Below, one piece after another: positions 54,501 to 64,000 of a DNA stretch of 64,000 nucleotides; positions within the stretch are counted from its first letter, which is position 1; every line of letters starts with the position of its first letter. The stretch is from Eledone cirrhosa (Eukaryota). Location: assembly GCA_964016885.1 (NCBI GenBank), contig OZ024762.1, positions 28,396,001-28,460,000 on the forward strand. The letters are read 5' to 3'. The position numbers and the translations under genes are program-made. Under the pieces are notes generated by a model. It was not told where the DNA came from and did not search any database. It was given only the letters and a program-made list of their open reading frames with translations.

Positions 54501-57500
54501 TAAATATTGGGTTGGTGTGTAACAAGAGAGTAGTTTTTATTAAATATTAGTTTGGTCTGTAATAAGACAATAGCTTTCATAATATATTGTGTTGGTGTGT
54601 AAAAAGACAGTAGCTTTTATTCAATATTAGGTTTGTCTGTAACAAGACAGTAGCTTTTATTCAATATTGGGTTGGTGTGTAACAAGACAGTAGCTTGTAT
54701 TCAATATTAGGTTGGTCTGTAACAAGACAGTAGCATTTAATAAATATTGGGTTGGTGTGTAACAAGACAGTAGATTGGATTAAATATTAGGTTTATTTGT
54801 AACAAGATTAGCTTTTATTAAATATTAGGTTGGTGCGTAACAAGACAGTAGCTTTTATTAAATATTAGGTTTGTGTGTAAATAGACAGTAGCTTTTAATA
54901 AATATTAGGTTGGTGTGTAACAAGATAGTAGCTTTTATTATATATTGGGTTGGCGTGTAACAAGACAGTAGTTTTATTAAATATTAGGTTGGTCTGTAAC
55001 GAGACGGTAGCTTTTATTCAATATTCGTTTGGTGTGTAACAAGACAGTAGCTTTTATTAAGTATTAGGTTGGTCTGTAACAAGACAGTAGCTTTTATTAA
55101 ATATTAGGTTGGTGTGTAATAAGACGGTAGCTTTTATTAAATATTGAGTTGGTGTGTAACAAGACAGTAGTTTTATTAAATATTTGGTTGGTGTGTAACA
55201 AGACAGTAGCTTTTATTAAATATTAGGTTGGTGTGTAACAAGACAGTAGCTTGTATTCAATATTAGGTTGGTCTGTAACAAGACAGTAGCTTTCATTATA
55301 TATTGGGTTGGTGTGTAACAAAACAGTAGCTTTTAGTAAATATTAGGTTCGTCTGTAACAAGACGGTAGCTTTTATTCAATATTCGGTTGGTGTGTAGCT
55401 TTTATTAAATATTAGGTTGGTCTGTAACAAGACAATAGCTTTTATCAAATATTGGGTTGGTGTGTAACAAAACAGTAGCTTTTAGTAAATATTAGGTTCG
55501 TCTGTAACAAGACGGTAGCTTTTATTCAATATTCGGTTGGTTACAACAAGACAGTAGCTTTTATTAAGTATTAGGTTGGTCTGTAACAAGACAGTAGCTT
55601 TTATTAAATATTGGTTTGGTGTGTAACAAGACAGTAGCTTTTATTCAATATTAGGTTGGTGTTTAACAAGACAGTAGCTTTTATTAAATATTAGGTTGAT
55701 GTGTAACAAGAAAGTAGCTTTTATTAAATATTAGGTTGGTCTGTAATAAGACAATAGCTTTCATTATATATTGGGTTGGTGTGTAACAAGACAGTAGCTT
55801 TTATTCAATATTAGGTTTTTGTGTAACAAGACAGTAGCTTTTATTCAATATTGGGTTGGTGTGTAACAAGACAGTAGCTTGTATTCAATATTAGGTTGGT
55901 CTGTAACAAGACAGTAGCTTTCATTATATATTGGGTTGGTGTGTAACAAGACAGTAGCTTTTATTATATATTAGGTTGGTCTGTAACAAGACAGTAGCTT
56001 TTATTAAATATTGGGTTGGTGTGTAACAAGACAGTAGCTTTTATTAAATATTAGGTTGGTCTGTAATAAGACAATAGCTTTCATAATATATTGGGTTGGT
56101 GTGTAAAAAGACAGTAGCTTTTATTCAATATTAGGTTCGTCTGTAACAAGACAGTAGCTTTTATTCAATATTGGGTTGGTGTGTAACAAGACAGTAGCTT
56201 ATATTCAATATTAGGTTGGTCTGTAACAAGAAAGTCGCTTTTATTAAATATTGGGTTGGTGTGTAACAAGACAGTAGCTTTTATTAATGATTACGTTTGT
56301 GTGTAAATAGACAGTAGCTTTTATTAAATATTAGGTTGGTCTGTAACAAGATAGTAGCTTTTATTATATATATGGTTGGCGTGTAACAAACAGTAGATTT
56401 ATTAAATATTAGGTTGGTCTGTAACAAGACGGTAGCTTTTATTCAATATTCGTTTGGTGTGTAACAAGACAGTAGCTTTTATTAAATATTAGGTTGGTCA
56501 GTAAAAAGACAGTAGCTTTTATTAAATATTGGGTTCGTGTGTAAGAAGACAGTAGCTTTTATTACATATTGGGTTCGTGTGAAACAAGACAGTAGCTTTT
56601 ATTAAATATTAGGTTGGTCTGTAACAAGCTTTTATTCAATATTCGGTTGGTGTGTAACAAGACATAGCTTGTATTCAATATTAGGTTGGTCTGTAACAAG
56701 ACAGTAGCTTTGATTAAATATTAGGTTTGTGTGTAAATAGACAGTAGCTTTATTAAATATTAGGTTGGTCTGTAACAAGATAGTAGCTTTTATTATATAT
56801 TGGGTTGGGGTGTAACAAGACAGTAGTTTTATTAAATATTAGGTTGGTCTGTAACAAGACGGTAGCTTTTATTCAATATTCGTTTGGTGTGTAACAAGAC
56901 AGTAGCTGTTATTAAGTATTTGATTTGTCTGTAAAACGACAGTAGCTTGTATTAAATATTTGGTTCGTGTGTAACAAGACAGTAGCTTTTATTAAATATT
57001 AGGTTGGTCTGTAACAAGACGGTAGCTTTTATTCAATATTCGGTTGGTGTGTAACAAGACAGTAGCTTTTATTCAATATTAGGTTGTTGTGTAACAAGAC
57101 AGTAGCTTTTATTCAATATTGGGTTGGTGTGTAACAAGACAGTAGCTTGTATTCAATATTAGGTTGGTCTGTAACAGGACAGTAGCTTTCATTATATATT
57201 GGGTTTGTGTGTAACAAGACAGTAGCTTTTATTACATATTAGGTTGGTCTGTAACAAGACAGTAGCTTTTATTAAATATTGGGTTGGTGTGTAACAAGAC
57301 AGTAGCTTTTATTAAATATTAGGTTGGTCTGTAATAAGACAATAGCTTTCATAATATATTGGGTTGGTGTGTAAAAAGACAGTAGCTTTTATTCAATATT
57401 AGGTTGTTCTGTAACAAGACAGTAGCTTTTATTCAATATTGGGTTGGTGTGTAACAAGACAGTAGCTTGTATTCAATGTTAGGTTGGTCTGTAACAAGAC

Positions 57501-60500
57501 AGTAGCTTTTATTAAATGTTGGGTTGGTGTGTAACAAGACAGTAGCTTTGATTAAATATTAGGTTTGTTTGTAACAAGACTAGCTTTTATTAAATATTAG
57601 GTTGGTGCGTAACAAGAGAGTAGCTTTTATTAAATATTAGGTTTGTGTGTAAATAGACAGTAGCTTTTATTAAATATTAGGTTGGTCTGTAACAAGATAG
57701 TAGCTTTTATTATATATTGGGTTGGCGTGTAACAAACAGTAGTTTTATTAAATATTAGGTTGGTCTGTAACAAGACGGTAGCTTTTATTCAATATTCGTT
57801 TGGTGTGTAACAAGACAGTAGCTTTTATTAAATATTAGGTTGGTCTGTAAAAAGACAGTAGCTTTTATTCAATATTGGGTTCGTGTGTAACAAGACAGTA
57901 GCTTTTATTAAATATTAGGTTGGTCTGTAACAAGCTTTTATTCAATATGCGGTTGGTGTGTAACAAGACAATGGCTTTTATCAAATATTGGGTTGGTGTG
58001 TAACAAGACAGTAGTTTTCATAAATATTAGGTTCGTCAGTAACAAGACGGTAGCTTTTATTCAATATTCGGTTGGTGTGTAACAAGACAGTAGCTTTTAT
58101 TAAATATTGGTTTGGTGTGTAACAAAACAGTAGCTTTTATTCAATATTAGGTTGGTGTTTAACAAGACAGTAGCTTTCATTATATATTGGGTTGGTGTGT
58201 AACAAGACAGTAGCTTTTATTCAATATTAGGTTGTTGTGTAACAAGACAGTAGCGTTTATTCAATATTGGGATGGTGTGTAACAAGACTGTAGCTTGTAT
58301 TCAATATTAGGTTGGTCTGTAACAAGACAGTAGCTTTCATTATATATTGGGTTGGTGTGTAACAAGACAGTAGCTTTTAGTAAATATTGGGTTGGTGTGA
58401 AACAAGACAGTAGCTTTTATTAAATATTAGGTTGGTCTGTAATAAGACAATAGCTTTCATTATATATTGGGTTGGTGTGTAACAAGACAGTAGCATTATT
58501 CTATATTAGGTTTGTCTGTAACAAGACAGTAGCTTTTATTCAATATTGGGTTGGTGTGTAACAAGATAGTAGAATTTATTATATATTGGGTTGGCGTGTA
58601 ACAAACAGTAGTTTTATTAAATATCAGGTTGGTCTGTAACAAGACGGTAGCTTTTATTCAATATTCGTTTGGTGTGTAACAAGACAGTAGCTTTTATTAA
58701 ATATTATGTTGGTCTGTAAAAAGACAGTAGCTTTTATTAAATATTGGGTTAGTGTGTAACAAGACAGTATCCTTTATTAAATATTAAGTTGGTCTGTAAC
58801 AAGCTTTTATTCAATATTCGGTTGCTGTGTAACAAGACAATAGCTTTTATCAAATATTGGGTTGGTGTGTAACAAGACAGTAGCTTTTATCAAATATTGG
58901 GTTGGTGTGTAACAAGACTGTAGTTTTATTAAATATTGGGTTCGTGTGTAACAAGACAGTAGCTTTTATTAAATATTAGGTTCGTCTGTAACAAGACGGT
59001 AGCTTTTATTCAATATTGGTTTGGTGTGTAACAAGACAGTAGCTTTTATTAAGTATTAGGTTGGTCTGTAACAAGACAGTAGCTTTTATTAAATATTGGT
59101 TTGGTGTGTAACAAGACAGTAGGTTTTATTCAATATTAGGTTGGTGTTTAACAAGACAGTAGCTTTCATTATATATTGGGTTGGTGTGTAACAAGACAGT
59201 AGCTTTTATTAAATATTAGGTTGGTCTGTAACAAGACAGTAGCTTTTATTAAATATTGGGTTGGTGTGTAACAAGACAGTAGCTTTTATTAAATATTAGG
59301 TTGGTCTGTAATAAGACAATAGCTTTCATGATATATTGGGTTGGTGTGTAAAAAGACAGTAGCTTTTATTCAATATTAGGTTTGTCTGTAACAAGACATT
59401 AACTTTTATTCAATATTGGGTTGGTGTGTAACAAGACAGTAGCTTGTATTCAATATTAGGTTTGTCTGTAACAAGACAGTAGCTTTTATTAAATATTGGG
59501 TTGGTGTGTAACAAGACAGTAGCTTTGATTAAATATTAGGTTTGTGTGTAAATAGACAGTAGCTTTTATTAAATATTAGGTTGGTCTGTAACAAGATAGT
59601 AGCTTTTATTTTATATTGGGTTGGCGTGTAACAAGACAGTAGTTTTATTAAATATTAGGTTGGTCTGTAACAAGACGGTAGCTTTTATTCAATATTCGTT
59701 TGGTGTGTAACAAGACAGTAGCTTTTATTAAGTATTAGGTTGGTCTGTAAAAAGACAGTAGCTTTTCTTAAATATTGTGTTCGTGTGTAACAAGACAGTA
59801 GCTTTTATTAAATATTAGGTTGGTCTGTAACAATACAGTAGCTTTTATTAAATATTAGGTTGGTGTGTAACAAGGCAGTTGCTTTTATTAAATATTGGGT
59901 TAGTGTGTAACAAGACCCTAGCTTGTATTCAATATTGGGTAGGTGTGTAACAAGACAGTAGCTTATATTCAATATTAGTTTGGTCTGTAACAAGACGGTA
60001 GCTTTAATTAAATATTGGATTGGTGTGTAACAAGACAGTAGTATTGATTAAATATTAGGTTTGTGTGTAACAAGACTAGCTTTTATAAAATATTATGTTG
60101 GTGTGTAACAAGACAGTAGCTTTTATTAAATATTAGGTTGGTCTGTAACAAGACAATAGCTCTTATTAAATATTGGGTTGGTCTGTAACAAGAAAATAGC
60201 TTTTATTATGTATTGGGTTGGTGTGTAAGAAGACAGTAGCTTTTATTATATATTAGGTTTGTGTGTAACTAGTCAGTAGCTTTTATTAAATATTAGGTTG
60301 GTCTGTAACAAGATAGTAGCTTTTATTGTATATTGGGTTGGCGTGTAACAAGACAGTAGCTTTTATTAAATATTAGGTTGGTGTGTAACTAGACAGTAGC
60401 TTTCATTAAATATTAGGTTGGTCTGTAAAAAGCTAGTAGCTTTTATTGTATATTGGGTTAGCGTGTAACAAAACAGTAGCTTTTATTAAATATTGGATTG

Positions 60501-61335
60501 ATATGTAACAAGACAGTAGCTTTTATTAAATATTAGGTTTGTCTGTAACACGACAGTAGCTTTTATTCAATATTGGGTTTGTGTGTAAGAAGTCAGTAGC
60601 TTGTATTCAATATTAGGTTGGTCTGTAACAAGACAGTAGCTTTTATTAAATATTGGGTTGGTGTGTAACAAGACAGTAGCTTTGATTAAATATTAGGTTT
60701 GTGTGTAACAAGACTAGCTATTATTAAATATTGGGTTGGTGTGTAACAAGAGAGTAGTTTATATTAAATATTAGTTTGGTCTGTAATAAGACAATAGCTT
60801 TCATAATATATTGTGTTGGTGTGTAAAAAGACAGTAGCTTTTATTCAATATTAGGTTTGTCTGTAACAAGACAGTAGCTTTTATTCAATATTGGGTTGGT
60901 GTGTAACAAGACAGTAGCTTGTATTCAATATTAGGTTGGTCTGTAACAAGACAGTAGCATTTAATAAATATTGGGTTGGTGTGTAACAAGACAGTAGATT
61001 GGATTAAATATTAGGTTTATTTGTAACAAGATTAGCTTTTATTAAATATTAGGTTGGTGCGTAACAAGACAGTAGCTTTTATTAAATATTAGGTTTGTGT
61101 GTAAATAGACAGTAGCTTTTAATAAATATTAGGTTGGTGTGTAACAAGATAGTAGCTTTTATTATATATTGGGTTGGCGTGTAACAAGACAGTAGTTTTA
61201 TTAAATATTAGGTTGGTCTGTAACGAGACGGTAGCTTTTATTCAATATTCGTTTGGTGTGTAACAAGACAGTAGCTTTTATTAAGTATTAGGTTGGTCTG
61301 TAACAAGACAGTAGCTTTTATTAAATATTAGGTTG
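48980..61335. repeat. Largest higher-order tandem duplication, 6224-bp period
   Basis: Offset 6224 holds for ttacaac 49317/55541, aacaagaaagtcgc 50001/56225, atatgc 51721/57945, gagacgg 55001/61225, and for the two identical ORF-track entries 53584/59808. Confidence 0.94.
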
Positions 61336-63650
61336 GTCTGTAACAAGACGGTAGCTTTTATTCAATATTCGGTTGGTGTGTAACAAGACAGTAGCTTTTA
61401 TTAAATATTAGGTTGGTCTGTAACAAGAGAATAGCTTTTATCAAATATTGGGTTGGTGTGTAACAAGACAGTAGTTTTATTAAATATTGTGTTCGTGTGT
61501 AACAAGACAGTAGCTTTTATTATATATTAGGTTCGTCTGTAACAAGACGGTAGCTTTTATTCAATATTAGATTGGTGTGTAACAAGACACTAGCTTTTAT
61601 TAAGTATTAGGTTGGTCTGTAACAAGACAGTAGCTTTTATTAAATGTTGGTTTGGTGTGTAACAAGACAGTAGGTTTTATTCAATATTAGGTTGGTGTTT
61701 AACAAGACAGTAGCTTTCATTATATATTGGGTTGGTGTGTAACAAGACAGTAGATTTTATTCAATATTAGGTTGTTGTGTAACAAGACAGTAGCTTTTAT
61801 TAAATATCGGGTTGGTGTGTAACAAGACAGTAGCTTGTATTCAATATTAGGTTGGTCTGTAACAAGACAGTAGTTTTCATTATATATTGGGTTTGTGTGT
61901 AACAAGACAGTAGCTTTTATTCAATATTGGGTTGGTGTGTAACAAGATAGTAGCATTTATTATATATTGGGTTGGCGTGTAACAAACAGTAGTTTTATTA
62001 AATATTAGGTTGGTCTGTAACAAGACGTTAGCTTTTATTCAATATTCGTTTGGTGTGTAACAAGACAGTAGCTTTTATTAAATATTAGGTTGGTCTGTAA
62101 AAAGACAGTAGCTTTTATTAAATATTGGGTTAGTGTGTAACAAGACAGTAGCTTTTATTAAATATTAGGTTGGTCTGTAACAAGCTTTTATTCAATATTC
62201 GGTTGGTGTGTAACAAGACAATAGCTTTTATCAAATATTGGGTTGGTGTGTAACAAGACAGTAGCTTTTATCAAATATTGGGTTGGTGTGTAACAAGACT
62301 GTAGTTTTATTAAATATTGGGTTCGTGTGTAACAAGACAGTAGCTTTTATTAAATATTAGGTTTGTCTGTAACACGACAGTAGCTTTTATTCAATATTGG
62401 GTTTGTGTGTAAGAAGACAGTAGCTTGTATTCAATATTAGGTTGGTCTGTAACAAGACAGTAGCTTTTATTAAATATTGGGTTGGTGTGTAACAAGACAG
62501 TAGCTTTTATTAAATATTAGGTTGGTCTGTAATAAGACAATAGCTTTCATAATATATTGTGTTGGTGTGTAAAAAGACAGTAGCTTTTATTCAATATTAG
62601 GTTTGTCTGTAACAAGACAGTAGCTTTTATTCAATATTGGGTTGGTGTGTAACACGACAGTAGCTTGTATTCAATATTAGGTTGGTCTGTAACAAGACAG
62701 TAGCATTTATTAAATATTGGGTTGGTGTGTAACAAGACAGTAGATTGGATTAAATATTAGGTTTATTTGTAACAAGACTAGCTTTTATTAAATATTAGGT
62801 TGGTGCGTAACAAGACAGTAGCTTTTATTAAATATTAGGTTTGTGTGTAAATAGACAGTAGCTTTTAATAAATATTAGGTTGGTGTGTAACAAGATAGTA
62901 GCTTTTATTATATATTGGGTTGGCGTGTAACAAGACAGTAGTTTTATTAAATATTAGGTTGGTCTGTAACGAGACGGTAGCTTTTATTCAATATTCGTTT
63001 GGTGTGTAACAAGACAGTAGCTTTTATTAAGTATTAGGTTGGTCTGTAACAAGACAGTAGCTTTTATTAAATATTAGGTTGGTCTGTAACAAGACGGTAG
63101 CTTTTATTCAATATTCGGTTGGTGTGTAACAAGACAGTAGCTTTTATTAAATATTAGGTTGGTCTGTAACAAGAGAATAGCTTTTATCAAATATTGGGTT
63201 GGTGTGTAACAAGACAGTAGTTTTATTAAATATTGTGTTCGTGTGTAACAAGACAGTAGCTTTTATTAAATATTAGGTTTGTCTGTAACAAGACGGTAGC
63301 TTTTATTCAATATTAGGTTGGTGTGTAACAAGACAGTAGCTTTTATTAAGTATTAGGTTGGTCTGTAACAAGACAGTAGCTTTTATTAAATATTGGTTTG
63401 GTGTGTAACAAGACAGCAGGTTTTATTCAATATTAGGTTGGTGTTTAACAAGACAGTAGTTTTCATTATATATTGGGTTGGTGTGTAACAAGACAGTAGA
63501 TTTTATTCAATATTAGGTTGTTGTGTAACAAGACAGTAGCTTTTATTCAATATTGGGTTGGTGTGTAACAAGACAGTAGCTTGTATTCAATATTAGGTTG
63601 GTCTGTAACAAGACAGTAGTTTTTATTATATATTGGGTTTGTGTGTAACA
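60540..63650. repeat. More diverged tandem duplication, ~1746-bp offset
   Basis: tagattggat 60995/62741 and gagaatag 61427/63173 share offset 1746. These copies show more mismatches than the 6224-bp pair. Confidence 0.8.
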
Positions 63651-64000
63651 AGACAGTAGCTTTTATTAAATATTAGGTTGGTCTGTAACAAGACAGTAGC
63701 TTTTATTAAATATTGGGTTGGTGTGTAACAAGACAGTAGCTTTTATTAAATATTAGGTTGGTCTGTAATAAGACAATAGCTTTCAAAATATATTGGGTTG
63801 GTGTGTAAAAAGACAGTAGCTTTTATTCAATATTAGGTTTGTCTGTAACAAGACAGTAGCTTTTATTCAATATTGGGTTGGTGTGTAACAAGACAGTAGC
63901 TTGTATTCAATATTGGGTTGGTCTGTAACAAGACAGTAGCTTTTATTATATATTGGGTTGGTGTGTAACAAGACAGTAGCTTTGATTAAATATTAGGTTT

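Larger units (their letters stand above)
1..64000. repeat. 40-bp satellite DNA tandem array (~1,600 monomers, single orientation, extends beyond both window ends)
   Basis: The unit ggttggtgtg-taacaagaca-gtagctttta-ttaaatatta recurs every 40 bp from base 1 to 64000, typically with 0-3 substitutions and occasional 1-14 bp deletions. Most monomers carry AGCT (AluI) and AATATT (SspI). The consensus has 9 G vs 3 C on the + strand. Confidence 0.99.

Noticed and set aside
53584-59993. Two identical 61-aa ORFs (53584-53769 and 59808-59993)
   Set aside because: Their identity is explained by the 6224-bp DNA duplication, not by coding constraint.
61720-61905. 61-aa minus-strand ORF
   Set aside because: Chance open frame in satellite monomers.
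1-64000. CRISPR-like or recombination-cassette array
   Set aside because: The repeats are contiguous with no unique spacers or cassettes, and there is no leader, cas gene or recombinase. Variation is point mutation inherited in blocks.
1-64000. Repeated regulatory motifs (AATAAA on the minus strand, TTTATTA homeodomain-like, ACCAACC MYB AC-element-like)
   Set aside because: Short motifs are expected by chance in an AT-rich 40-mer and are multiplied only by repetition. Nothing here supports function.
1-64000. G-quadruplex or structured ncRNA potential
   Set aside because: Each monomer has only two short G-runs separated from the next pair by about 33 nt, and palindromes are limited to 4-6 bp (AGCT, AATATT).
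1-64000. Monomer variants as an information-encoding or programmed diversification system
   Set aside because: Variant order is accounted for by nested duplication and recombination of an ancestral block. No template/variable region pair or associated enzyme is present.

Overview
The entire 64 kb window is one uninterrupted, head-to-tail satellite DNA array. It holds roughly 1,600 copies of an AT-rich (~30% GC) 40-bp monomer, consensus GGTTGGT(G/C)TGTAACAAGACAGTAGCTTTTATT(A/C)AATATT(A/G). I saw no unique sequence, inversion, transposon, RNA gene, CRISPR spacer or credible protein-coding gene. The five listed ORFs are chance translations of the repeat. The real structure lies in the monomer variants. 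They show nested, imperfect higher-order duplications with offsets read from marker variants of about 2968, 4046, 2742, 1434, 3023, 2450-2650, 1736, 390, 6224 and 1746 bp. They also show a conserved ordered cassette of variant monomers, a divergent sub-family island, a change in variant repertoire near 35-39 kb, and a chimeric junction between two higher-order haplotypes. A eukaryotic heterochromatic origin (centromeric, pericentromeric or subtelomeric) is an inference, and I cannot name the organism or satellite family. I found no evidence for a novel gene system. Block boundaries are approximate and were read by eye.
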